From the human T2T-CHM13v2.0 reference genome, Homo sapiens: a stretch of 64,000 bases of DNA. Made by a program: the position numbers and the translations under genes. The stretch is from NCBI RefSeq assembly GCF_009914755.1, contig NC_060932.1. One strand, given 5' to 3'. Below, in pieces: positions 44,624 through 56,962 of this stretch. The notes beneath the pieces are model-generated. The model did no database searches, was not told where the DNA came from, and worked only from the letters and a program-made list of their open reading frames with translations. Numbering within the stretch: position 1 is the stretch's first letter; the number at the start of each line of letters is the position of its first letter.

Positions 44624-44892
44624 GAGGGAGAGGCCTGAAGCTTGAGGTGTGGAATAATAGCCGTCCAATACGTTTGGAAGAGATACTGGAATACAATGAA
44701 AAAACGCCTGGGTACATGGGTGCCAGTTGGGTAGATTCAGCTTCCTATATTTGGCTCATGGAACAAGACACATTTGTTGCACGCTTTAGTGGATTTTTGG
44801 TGGCTCCAGATTCTGATGTTTATAGATTCTACATCAAGGGTGATGACCGTTATGCTATTTATTTTAGCCAGACTGGACTTCCAGAAGATAAG
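44624..44892 (+). CDS. PKHD1L1: PKHD1L1 exon 13 (269 nt), PA14 domain: GGRGLKLEVWNNSRPIRLEE...FVARFSGFLVAPDSDVYRFYIKGDDRYAIYFSQTGLPEDK
   Basis: ACACTTAG acceptor, AAG|GTAGGG donor; PA14 signature F..R..G...AP....Y.F....DD. Confidence 0.98.
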
Positions 44893-46044
44893 GTAGGGAA
44901 GCCTCAGAATACTATTTGATACTGTAAAAACATTATGGTGATATTTATATGTATCTTACTCTAAATCAAAACGAATGAACATTTTTAAAATGTATGAGAA
45001 ATGATGTCATGTGGTTTGGCTCTTGGCTATTATCCTGGATATGATACAAGATATAAGATGATAGAAAACCTATAGCCTACAAGAAAATTTCCCGTACCTG
45101 AAAATATTTCATTATTCTACATTAACTTGGTTATGAGATAAAATTCATCTCTCTATTTTTTATAAATAGAATTATACATTTAATTTCATATGTAGTTTTT
45201 CACATATTAGTATTAAATACTAATTTTATTAAATAATTTATGTAATCACTAGTTTTAATGACTAAGCAGTGTTATTACTTGGGTTTACCAAGCTTAGATA
45301 ACCATCTCCCTACTGATAAGTTTTTATTTACTTCTGGTGTTTTATGACCACAAATAATACTCTATTGAACATCTATGATCATTAGACTTTTCTGTATTTG
45401 GGGTTACTTTGTTAGGACAGTTTCACAAATATGAAACTAACAGATCAAATCAAAGTAACATTTTATGACTCAACTTATGTGGCAAGATTGCTTCCCAAAC
45501 TGGTTGTGTAAGTTTAAATTGCTATCTGTAATTTATGAATTCTAATTTTTATCATAGTTTGTACTCCAAAGCATGTGTACTCCAAAGGTGGTATAATCAT
45601 TCCTAATGGGAAGCCCAAAGTCCTCTCACTCTAGTGTGCAGAACCATTTAGCAATCTTTGGCAATCTAATTTGGATTAAATCTCTCAAAGTTCTCCACAG
45701 AGCAAAAGAATATTTTATTTGTCAATAACTACCTTTTTCCTGGTAAGTATCTTCTTAGTTTCCACTGCAGTTCTAATTATGGAAAAGCTATGATCTGCGT
45801 AGTATACTTAGTACAGTAGTGTTGATGTTAGTGAATGGTAGAAGGAATGAAGTGAACTTTGATAATTTAAAAAAAATTTATAGCATAGTAGATAACAGAT
45901 CTTAAAAGAAAAATATAAAGTAGTTTTACATTTTTCTACTTATGAAACTTCTAAAACTGAAATAATAAATGATAAATAAATAAATGTTGAAAAGGTCTAT
46001 TAATAAATTCTCCCTTTTCTCTGTCTCTGTCTCTCTCGGATTAG

Positions 46045-46136
46045 GTGAGGATTGCATATCATTCTGCTAATGCCAACAGTTATTTTTCCAGTCCAACACA
46101 AAGATCAGATGATATTCATCTGCAGAAAGGAAAAGA
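46045..46136 (+). CDS. PKHD1L1: PKHD1L1 exon 14 (92 nt): VRIAYHSANANSYFSSPTQRSDDIHLQKGK
   Basis: Long CT tract then GATTAG acceptor, AGA|GTAAGG donor. Confidence 0.96.
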
Positions 46137-46794
46137 GTAAGGCTTTTTCCTGTCATTAAATTACTGTGTGGTATTTATAAGCTTTAAGTTTATATTTTAA
46201 AATATTTTCAATTTATTTTTATTGGTGGAAGTGATATTAGTTTATTGGTTTAATTTATAATTGGTCATTCTCTATAATTTTATTCAAATGTGTTTCTTGA
46301 TTTTCAAGAATACTGGCATTCAACTAACCAGGGAAATTTGAAGTCTAGATTAACCCTGTTGCAAAATTATACTTTTGTGAAATGTACTTGATCCTGTTCT
46401 TAGTTCTTTACTTGGACCTTTCAGTCAATCCACCCATTTAATTTCTCTGTTCCTGCAGCTGAGCTCTTCAGTATTGCTAGGGAAAAATCACTAAGCCACA
46501 TAGATTGTTGCCACTTTTAATATGTATTTGTTATTAACTGGTTTATTCCAGGCCCTGGGCCAGGTACTGGAAATTTAAGAATATTAAAATACACTGCCAG
46601 AACTGAAAGAGCATTCATTTAGTGTTGAAAGGTCAAGTCCAAGGAGCCAATGAGTGGGATTATCATCCAAATACCAGATAATCCCATTCAAAAAGCCATT
46701 CAGAATTCCTAGGAAACAGGAAGATAAAAGACATGATACATTGAAAATGGAGAAGGTGGTGGAATGGAGTTACATGAAGAACATCAAAAGATGC

Positions 46795-47280
46795 ATTTGC
46801 ATCTGCTAGACTTTACTATATAACAAAGCACCTCAGACTGTAGCAACATCAAACAAGTGTGAATTATTTTGCACAATTTTATAGTTGGCTGAGCGGTTCT
46901 TTTAGTCCTGGCTGGTTTATTTGGGGACTGGTAACCTAGAATGCCTCACTCCATGTCTAGAGCCTCAGCAGGCATGGTTGAGTCTTAGATATTTGGGGCA
47001 TCCCATTGCACATGGTCTCTCATCATCCAGGAGACTAGCCCCGGTTTGTCACATTGTGGATAGCTAATGCATACTGGGCTTAATACCTAGGTGATGATGG
47101 GTTGATAGGTGCAGTAAAGAGGGGAGTCCTAATGCACACACACTCTGCAATACTCTGTCTGTGTCATATTTGCTAATATCCCATTGCCCAAAGCAAGTGG
47201 CCAAGCCTAGACTCAAGGATGAAGAAATAGACTTCCCTTCTTGATGGGAGGAGTGCTTTTTTCTTTTAAGTTTACCACAT
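46795..47280 (-). mobile_element. MLT1-family MaLR LTR carrying a foreign 55-bp insert
   Basis: MLT1 text TAACAAAGCACCTCA...CTCTCATCATCCAGGAGACTAGCCC...CCATTGCCCAAAGCAAGT...CTTGATGGGAGGAG...TTTACCACA. Confidence 0.7.
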
Positions 47281-47899
47281 CACCCTTTCAGATATTGAAG
47301 AAGTTATGCTCAGAGGCAGCATCATGAGGATCTTTTGGAATTGGACAAGGAGGGTTGGGATCAATGGAACCTGGGAGCAAATTAATGTTCTCACACTCAA
47401 TGTTCTTGCTGAGGTCTTAGTAATACTGACATGGGGAAAGAGTTTCATTCCTTTTTTATCCTCTTTCTTCTGCTTTCACTTCTTTAGACATTAAACATTT
47501 TCTTCTATAACCATGAAAACTACTGGGCCAGGTCAAGATAAATGGAGTTCTTGATTAATCCCTACTGCAATTAAGTGTCAGTACATTTTCAGACTTTGGC
47601 TTGGTTTTGGAAAATGAGTTCAGTCTACCAGCTAGGCAGGAGCACAGAGTTTGAATGAAAGCAACTCCTAATACATCTGCTGCCTGGTATCTGTGCTCCT
47701 GCAAAACCAGCTTGGAATTTACATACTGTGCTTACAATGATGGCTATGAAATCTGAAATTGAGGCCACTCTAGCTGGTTTATTGTAAAGTGGCTCTTCAA
47801 GTCTTTCCAAAGGTAGCTCATATTGCTAAATCATTTTACTCAAATATTAAAAACATAGCTTCACCTAGTGCATATCTTTTTGGTCACCTTATTTTGTTT

Positions 47900-48090
47900 G
47901 GAATTCTCCCTCAGTTACTAGTTTAAAAAATTTTGAATCCTTAAAATTCCCTTAGCATTTGTTATTCATATGGATAAAGGAATAATATCTATTTTATGAG
48001 AATTTTGTGAAGATTAAACGTAATAATGTCTGCAAAGTGCTTAGTTTATTGTCTAGCACAAAGAAAGTGCCCAATTAATAGTTTTAAGCC
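47900..48090 (+). mobile_element. MIR fragment
   Basis: TTGTGAAGATTAAAC...TGCAAAGTGCTTAG...TCTAGCACAAAGAAAGTGCCCAAT. Confidence 0.65.
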
Positions 48091-49101
48091 ACAAGTAAGG
48101 ATGCAAAATTTTAATGGTTCTTCTTTGAATTCTGCTCTTTAATTAGTGTTGGTCATCTCAAGTCAGAAGAGCTGATGAGCAGGTTCTTATGGAAGTCAAG
48201 AGCCTGATATAATCCCCAAATATCAGTTCCATTGGGCAATGATCCAGAACCCTATCATTCTACACATATGAAACATGATAAATTTCCCTCATTCAGACTC
48301 TTTCATGAACTGTGGATACTTATTCTTCCTATATAAGAATATATGTTGAGTGATGTGAGACAATTTAGGGAAGCTCCCAGCTGTCCTCTCCAAAGATGTG
48401 AGCAATGGTGACATTGCTAGAGATTTAGAGGAGAAGTAGTAGTTTTGCACTCTCTTGTTAACAGCTGCTCAGTGAAGGCACTACCTTGGGTACACAGTAG
48501 GATGAGGGGCAGGAGACATCAAGAATCAGGAATTCAAAATATAAAGTGAAAATCCCATCCAGCTAATTGGAGGATCATAGTAAATCTGACCGGTAAAAGT
48601 TTCCTGAGGCAATGTTTTATTCCCCAAGTTACAAATGGAGCCAAATTTAAGGAATGTGAAAGTAGGAACTTCTACTCCTGACAAATATAACTACTCAGAT
48701 ATAAAATATATGCTATGTCTAAGCCTGCCATTTTCTTGAACACATTAAAATATTTAACCTCTGCATGTTGTCTGTGTTATATACCAGGGACAGGGTTATT
48801 TTTCAAGATGTTGAGTATAAGAAATAGTATTGTCTTCTATAAATATTTATTGACTAAGCTGAATGAATTGGTTATGAATGAGAACAACTTTCTACTAATG
48901 CAGATATCTTACATAATTCATTTTATTTTGGCAAAATGCTGTGAAAATTTTAACATTTGAATATTTAAAATATGAGATACTACAATATAAGTCATTTAAC
49001 AGGCAGGCTTTTAAGATAATATTGATATTTTATTCATTAAAATAATTTCATGGCAAGTGTTCTGGAAAAAAGTTATATTCATTAGTTACTCTATTTTCCA
49101 G

Positions 49102-49261
49102 ATACTATATTGAAATCTTGCTGCAGGAGTACAGATTAAGTGCATTTGTTGATGTTGGACTGTACCAGTATCGAAATGTTTATACTGAACAACAAACAGG
49201 AGATGCAGTGAATGAAGAACAAGTTATCAAATCCCAGTCGACAATCCTCCAGGAAGTACAG
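49102..49261 (+). CDS. PKHD1L1: PKHD1L1 exon 15 (160 nt): EYYIEILLQEYRLSAFVDVGLYQYRNVYTEQQTGDAVNEEQVIKSQSTILQEVQ
   Basis: ATTTTCCAG acceptor, CAG|GTTTGC donor. Confidence 0.96.
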
Positions 49262-49542
49262 GTTTGCTATGATTGCAGTTCCTCTTACAGAAAGTAAATG
49301 TTCGAAGGCAGGATCTCAATTTGATTATTAATTTTACTAGGTAAGATACTGTTTTAGGTGAAAGCAGTCATGGACAATTATTAAATTATGACTTTGAGTA
49401 TTTGTACGATAAGCCAAAAAGGCTGTTACTTGTCATTTGTAGTAAAATAGAGCAATAAAGTGGCATTGAATAGCTGAATTATGATGCTTTTAAGATATAT
49501 ATATTTTTCATATATTAAAAATGTTTCTTAATTGGAAAATAG

Positions 49543-49678
49543 GTTATAACATTGGAAAACTGGGAAACAACTAATGCAATTAATGAGGTTCAGAAGATCA
49601 AGGTAACCAGCCCATGTGTGGAAGCTAATTCATGTTCACTTTACCAATATAGATTAATCTATAATATGGAAAAAACTG
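49543..49678 (+). CDS. PKHD1L1: PKHD1L1 exon 16 (136 nt): VITLENWETTNAINEVQKIKVTSPCVEANSCSLYQYRLIYNMEKT
   Basis: GGAAAATAG acceptor (purine-rich), CTG|GTAAGT donor; frame fits neighbours. Confidence 0.94.
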
Positions 49679-49984
49679 GTAAGTTATAAATAATAAGGGA
49701 GATACTGTTTCTGTTCATGTATAGATGTAGTCATAAAGTATTTGCTGTAGTCAAATTACACTGTCTGGAAAATATAGTTTTGATGATATGCTAGACAAAG
49801 AAGCAGAAAAATGTATTATGGAAAAAAGCCTTCAGACTGGGATAGAAAATGACATCCATACAAATAACTTTGTGGCATATACCATCATTTTCTAATAATA
49901 ATGATAAATATATATCTAAATGCACATGGAATTTATATATTTGCTACTCATAGGTGTAAGTTAAGAAAATAGGAATTGTGAATA

Positions 49985-50420
49985 GTCAACCCAAATGCCC
50001 GTCAATGATAGACTGGATAAAGAAAATGTGGTACACCATAGAATACTATGCAGCCATAAAAAGGGATGAGATCATGTCCTTTTCAGGGACATGGATGGAG
50101 CTTAAAGCCACTTCCTCAACAAACTAACTCAGGAACAGAAAACCAAACACTGCATGTTCTCACTTATAAGTGGGAGCTGAACAATGAGAACACATGGACA
50201 CAGGGAGGGGAACAACACACACTGGGGCCTGTTGGGGGGTGGGGTCGGCACGGGGAGGGCATTAGGTTAGGAAAAATAGCTAATGCATACTGGGCTTAAT
50301 ACCTAGGTGATGATGGGTTGATAGGTGCAGCAAACCACCATGACATACGTTTACCTATGTAACAAACATGCACATCCTGCACATGTACCCCAGAACTTAC
50401 AATAAAAATAAAAAATTTAA
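49985..50420 (+). mobile_element. 5'-truncated older L1PA (roughly PA10-PA13) ORF2 end, 3' UTR and A-tail
   Basis: CAACCCAAATGCCCGTCAATGATAGACTGGATAAAG...CACATGTACCCCAGAACTTA plus A-rich tail. Confidence 0.92.
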
Positions 50421-50882
50421 AAGGAATTAAATTCATCATTGCACAGAAGTAAACATGTCTTTCAATTTTTTAAATTAAATGATAGGCCTATGGAACACCA
50501 ATTTATCAGCCAATAAACAACATTGCATTTCTATATTTTACAATAAATCCTAAAATACAACTTTTGCTACTACTGTTAATTGTTTTAACCAGTAAATATT
50601 GATGATTGCTTATTCTTTGCCAAATCCAATGATTATTACTGTGGGAATATTAAAACAATAAAATATCAGCCCTGTCCTCAAAGAGATCACAAATTAATTA
50701 AATAGTCAATATTACTGAACTTGAATCAGTTTCAAAATACAATTTCTCTAAGTGATAACTTACATGGTACAGAGTATAGGTGCTTTAAAAATATAAATAC
50801 GAGACATCAGTGTTGGCTGCAGTAGCTCAGAAAGATTTCAACTTTTCTGTTTGTTTGTTTGTTTGTTTTAATCCAATCAAAG

Positions 50883-51026
50883 TCTTCCTACCTGCTGATG
50901 CTTCTGAATTCATACTGCAATCAGCCTTGAATGACCTCTGGTCTATAAAACCGGACACAGTTCAAGTAATAAGAACACAAAATCCCCAGAGCTATGTCTA
51001 CATGGTAACATTCATATCAACTAGAG
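50883..51026 (+). CDS. PKHD1L1: PKHD1L1 exon 17 (144 nt): VFLPADASEFILQSALNDLWSIKPDTVQVIRTQNPQSYVYMVTFISTR
   Basis: (TTTG)n tract then ATCAAAG acceptor, GAG|GTAAGC donor, phase 1-1. Confidence 0.95.
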
Positions 51027-51902
51027 GTAAGCATGTACTTAATTTTGTACTTCTGTAGGAAACAAATGTATATCCTGTGCCACTCTAAAAGTTCCATAAG
51101 ATGACAGAGAAAAAGACTTGGTTAATCTTAGGAGAAGCAGAAATTAAATGGTTTTTTCTACGGTAATTTAAATTTTAGTTGTATTTCAAGGAATGTACAA
51201 CTCTAATGCATGAGAAATGCACTATACATACTACAAATGCGTTTTCCATATAATAGCCTACTTTATAAATTAGTAAAAACTAGTGAAAATATTCATTCTG
51301 AAAATAAAATTTAGGCAAATCACTATTGTCCAGGAGACACTCATCTGGTCAAATCTTGCCTACTGAAAGGATTTTGAGGTCAAATTCACATGGGAGACAC
51401 TGTATACCATGGGTCTTCCTTGAAGATTGACAGAGCTCATTGGAATATTAAAATCCCTGAGGAGTCCTGCAGTATTAAAAAAAAAAGGAAAAAGAAAAAA
51501 ATCAATTTACCTGTGTTTAATGCAAACGTATTTTATATTTCCATCTTTTTTCAAGTAATAGCTATTAACCGCCTATTAATGTTTTACACAAAACACTTTT
51601 GGAAATATTGACATAGACATTCTGCCTTCAAGTCAGACTTCGCAACTAATTTGGCTTTTTGGTATATTTAGCTCAGAAAGTAGGTCCCTGAATGTGTGTG
51701 TGTTTACTTTTCTTTGGGCAATCATTGTTTTTCAATATGTAAGTAAAATGTTACTTCAATATTTATGTCTCACTTTATGTAATTGTTTATTTGATTGTTG
51801 AGTGGAGGATAAAGAATTTGATTTTACATGAATTTAAGTTTTAAAAAGTGTACAAAAGTTAGATTGTCAAAATACTTATGAATAAACATATGGATATCCT
51901 TT

Positions 51903-52074
51903 TTGATGTATTTTTATACATCAGAGAGAAATTTTAAGGCTTCAGCAGAAACCTTAAGAAATATGGTGCCCAAATCCTAACTGGGCAAATTTTAAGACTT
52001 TACCCAACAAAAAGGGTCAAAAAGATCAATGAGATTCCACTGGTAGAGCATCCTTTCAAAGAAGAGAGACATTT
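51903..52074 (+). repeat. 172-bp direct repeat, copy 1
   Basis: Aligns ungapped to 53165-53336 with 8 mismatches by hand count. Confidence 0.95.
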
Positions 52075-52596
52075 GAGGACAGGCCTTATTCCTCTCAAAG
52101 TGGCAAAGCCAATGATTATCATACTAAGTGGCATGGTATGAACAAACCTCACAGATCAGAGATTGTTTCCTGGAATTCAGCTTTGTGCCCTATTCATGTC
52201 TAAAGAAAATAGAAATATTCCAGCTGAGCATTTGCACTAAAATAATGGTACTAGCACAAAACTAAAAGAATTTTTGGAATATCCTACTACTCATTGATCT
52301 TTATTCATGGTCCTAATACATCTGTCTATCTTACAATACTTCCTTTTAAGCTATAGAAACAGCACCTTAAATATATAGCACTTTGTCTGCTTTGCTATTT
52401 ATGCTATGGATAAATCTGCTCAAATTTTAAGGATCTACATCGCCCCCATTCTTCCTTCTTTTCTGATAATGGAGCACCAAATGAAACCAATTTGGCTACA
52501 TTTGAGTGTCTATTAAATATATATAAAATATATAGTTTTATATATAGGCATTTTATTAGTTAATGTCTACAAATTCTGTTTGTCACTTAATTTCAG

Positions 52597-52754
52597 GAGA
52601 CTTTGATCTGCTTGGTTATGAAGTAGTTGAAGGGAATAATGTCACACTGGATATTACAGAACAAACCAAAGGAAAACCCAACTTGGAGACATTCACACTG
52701 AATTGGGATGGGATCGCTTCTAAGCCACTCACTCTATGGTCATCAGAAGCTGAA
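52597..52754 (+). CDS. PKHD1L1: PKHD1L1 exon 18 (158 nt): GDFDLLGYEVVEGNNVTLDITEQTKGKPNLETFTLNWDGIASKPLTLWSSEAE
   Basis: AATTTCAG acceptor, GAA|GTACGG donor; inside ORF 52563-52883. Confidence 0.96.
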
Positions 52755-53164
52755 GTACGGTGTAGGAATGTTTCTACCACGCATTTTCCCTGCACCCTCT
52801 CACATCATTCATGGGCCATTTGTAGACAGATGGGAAAGAGATGTTACTTCAAAAAAAATCACTGCAAATTATTTATCACCTGATCAACTCACCACAATTT
52901 ATATACTGTGATACTTTTATCTGAAAGGAGACTAAGAGTCAACCTAGTGCAGCCACCTCTTTTTCCAGACAAGGCATATCTCAAAGGTTCCAAAGCCTTG
53001 CCCTGCCTATGTGTAGAAGCTTTGAGTCCCTCTATGCACACTGGAGTTGTTCTTCACTCAACATCCAATTTGTTATCCTGTAAAATCAGAAATTCCTTGA
53101 GAGATGTAGTGCAATAAAAGCTTAGCTATAAAGTATTGGTTAGTTTAAATATCCTATTATTTTA

Positions 53165-53336
53165 TTGATGTATTTTTATACATCAGAGAGAAATTTTAAG
53201 GCTTCAGCAGAGACCTTAAGAAATATGGTACCCAAATCCTAACTCAGCAAATTTTAAGACTTTACCCAACAAAAAGGGTCAAAAAGATCAATGAGATTCC
53301 ACTAGTGGAGCATCCTTTCAAAGAGGAGAGACGTTT
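53165..53336 (+). repeat. 172-bp direct repeat, copy 2
   Basis: Offset 1262 bp from copy 1, about 95% identical. Confidence 0.95.
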
Positions 53337-53803
53337 AAACAGAACACCATTTAAATGTCAACCTTTTATAAAGAACACTTTAAGGAGGAGTAATACATTC
53401 TTCCATTTGGCGTGATAGGTTGGAGCCTACCCGTAGTGAGGAGAGAAGGGAGGAAATATTCCAAAGACAAGAGAAGGAAAGGGAAGATCTTAGGTCTGTG
53501 CCAACAGGGCCTAATGTATCTCCATAGGGGGCAGCCATTCATAAAGAAAGAATGCTTGTGAGTTACAACATTTTGACAACTATCTGGACAATGAATTTAA
53601 GTTAAAATCTGTTTGCAGATTAAAGAGTATATATTGTCTCAAGCCCTTAATTCTAAGCGACAATTATTTCTGTGCTTTGCTGGAGAAAATGATATGGAAA
53701 TTTTAGGAGACTTGTGAATATGTACTAATTTCTGCATAATCTGCAATAATTTATTATTTTTTGAATAATTATAAATACAAGCTTACAGTATATGCATGTA
53801 ACC

Positions 53804-54007
53804 TTTTTTTTTTTCAAGACGGAGTCTCACTCTGTCACCAGGCTGGAATGCAGTGGTGTGATCTCCACTCACTGCAACCCTCCACCTCCTGGGTTCAAGC
53901 GATTCTCCTGCCTCAGCCTCCTGAGTAGCTGGGACTACAGGCGCTTGCCACATGCCCAGCTAATTTTTATATTTTTAAAAGAGACAGGGTTTCACCATGT
54001 TGGCCAG
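53804..54007 (-). mobile_element. AluS, 5' truncated
   Basis: Poly-T tail, right arm and 3' part of left arm ending at TGTTGGCCAG. Confidence 0.88.
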
Positions 54008-54412
54008 AATCCATTGGCGTGTATAGTTTTTTTTTTCCAGTTAATTTTGAGTTATTTGGAAAAAGTATTTATTTGGAATCTATCTAATTGGGTACTAATT
54101 AATTTAGGTTTGCTTCATTGCTCTCTTTAAAAAGGTACTAAACAAATATGTCTGCCTTATAACTAAGTATGCTATTATTAGCCAATTGTATGTAACTATT
54201 GTTATTCTAGAATAAAAGTCTTGAAAACTCATTAGACACTAAAATTATCACACTAACTTAAAATTATTTAGAAAATTAACTCATAATCATGACTAAAATA
54301 TGGGAATTATGAAAATGTCCTATTAAAACTAATTAGTAGAATCAGTAGTAGGATTACGAGTGTTCTAACTTTTCATGAAAAGAAGTTACTAATGTTTATA
54401 TTGTTAATTTAG

Positions 54413-54526
54413 TTTCAGGGAGCAGTGGAAGAAATGGTTAGCACTAAGTGTCCACCACAAATTGCAAATTTTGAAGAAGGATTTGTTGTGAAATATTTCA
54501 GAGACTATGAAACTGATTTTAATCTG
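54413..54526 (+). CDS. PKHD1L1: PKHD1L1 exon 19 (114 nt): FQGAVEEMVSTKCPPQIANFEEGFVVKYFRDYETDFNL
   Basis: TAATTTAG acceptor (a second in-frame CAG lies 6 nt downstream), CTG|GTATGA donor. Confidence 0.93.
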
Positions 54527-54810
54527 GTATGAAATATTTAATGAACTGTGAAACTGACCTAATAAGAATTTATATAATGGTTTTAAATTTTATAATTTCT
54601 CTTCTGAAGTAGCATTAATAACTTTGTTATTCACAGTCAAATTGCAAAAATGACTTTGTTATACATTTGTTGTAAGGGCTGTTGGTAGGTGCTATTGGTA
54701 CTGCCGTCTATGATTCGTTTGTTAAAAAATTTTTACTACTCATGAATTTTCTTGCTAGAAAGTAGGAAAGCTGATCAAAGGTAAGATTTGCAGTGTTTTT
54801 GTTTATTTTG

Positions 54811-55235
54811 TGTATAGGCCATTGTTGCGTTGCTATAAAGAAATACCTTAGACTGGGTAATTTAGAAAGAAAAGAGGTTTAATTGGCTCACAGTTCTGTA
54901 GGCTGTACAGGAAGCATGATGCTGGCATCTGCTCGACATCTTGGAAGGCCTTGGGAAACTCTCAATCATGGTGAAGGCAAAGGGGGAACAGGCACGTCAC
55001 TTGGCTTGGTGAAGAGCAAGAGAAGAGAGTGGGGCGGTGCCACCCACTTTTAAACAACCAGACCTTGTGAAAACTCACTCACTATCATGAGAACAGCACC
55101 GATGGGATGGTGCTAAGCCATTCATGAGAAATCCACCCCCGTGATCAAATCACCTACCAACAGGCCCTACCTCACACTTTGGGGATTACAATTCAACATG
55201 CGATTTGGTGGGGACGCAGATCCAAAATCATGTAA
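54811..55235 (-). mobile_element. MSTA-type MaLR solo LTR with 5-bp TSD TTTTG
   Basis: TTGCTATAAAGAAATACC...GAGGTTTAATTGGCTCAC...GGATTACAATTCAACATG; TTTTG at 54806-54810 and 55236-55240. Confidence 0.9.
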
Positions 55236-55574
<339 letters not shown>

Positions 55575-56812
55575 TTGGTTTTTGTTTTCTTAGCTTGGAT
55601 GCACAGTATATCCTTTCTCCTCATTGACTTCAGAGATTATAATTTATGGTGGGGCATTATATGTTTTTATGTATTATGTAGTTTTATATAATTGCTTCTC
55701 GACATAACACTCTGGTTAATTAGTACACGGCCCAGTCATTATTTATTTCTTAATGAGATATTTTCTTTAATATAGAGTAAAGGAAGAAAATTGAATATGT
55801 GCTTTCTAATTCTCATTTTCAAGACTTCAGGAAGCCAGCTATTTGCTATTTCCAAGTGAAAAACTGTAAGAATAAAAAATGTATACTCTAGTTATTTAAT
55901 TCAGATTAATACCCTGGATATGAATATAAATCCTTAAAAATATCTCTCATGATACTTTTCATGAGCAGATTAGTGAGAAAAAATCTTTCCATTTAATAGA
56001 TGAACTTTTCAACTTCATTTAATAAGCATATGTGTATTTATGTTCTATTTTGAACGTAGTACTAGCAGCCATGAGGATGGTACATGTAATTTACCTCCTA
56101 CTCCTTTCCTACTTCATTTCTCATCACCACCCTCACATGCATTTCCATGCTGCACCTAACCTTACAGTTTGCATTCCCAGCACCATGCTCTCTCACACCT
56201 CTGCTTTTTTGCACACATTTTGGACTCTCTCTGAAGCCCCTACTTTCTTTTTACCATTTGCACAGTGCCTTTGACACCTCTTTTCCATTCCAACAGCTGC
56301 TATTTATCTTTAAAGACTTAACTCATTTGTCACTTCCCCTGAGTCATCTTTCTTGATGCTTTTATGTGAGTTAGATGCCTCCCTTGAGCCTTAGTACGAT
56401 AATCATTGGCTTCTTTGTCTTAGACGGGTGGCCTCTATCTACAGGGGGATAGGGTTCTTCACCACTTGAATCCTGAAGATTAAACAGCAAACACGCAAAC
56501 AAGCAGAAACCTGACACACAGTAAACACTGCATAAACACTCATGGAGAGAATGAATAAATACCCGTAAAGAGCTCACAAAGTAAGGAAAAAAATCAAACT
56601 TGGGAACTAGTCAAATACTGGTATAAAGGATTATATAATTATGGATCCGAATGAGAGCTTTAGATTTCAGACAAGGAAGAAAACATCTAAAGTTAAAGTA
56701 ATCAGGGAAACAATGGGATCTGGGTTGAACCTTGAGTGGTTTGGGTGCACACGTTGGGGGAAAACCAGAACAATAAATCATGTTTTCATTTGAAATATTA
56801 TTGTTTCGGTAG

Positions 56813-56962
56813 GAACATATTAACAGAGGGCAGAAGACAGCTGAAACCGATGCTTACTGTGGTCGTTATTCCCTGAAAAACCCAGCTGTTCTTTTTGACT
56901 CAGCAGATGTTAAACCAAACAGACGACCATATGGAGATATTTTATTGTTTCCTTATAATCAG
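56813..56962 (+). CDS. PKHD1L1: PKHD1L1 exon 20 (150 nt): EHINRGQKTAETDAYCGRYSLKNPAVLFDSADVKPNRRPYGDILLFPYNQ
   Basis: TTTCGGTAG acceptor, CAG|GTAAGC donor; CGRYSL motif shared with the fibrocystin family. Confidence 0.96.
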
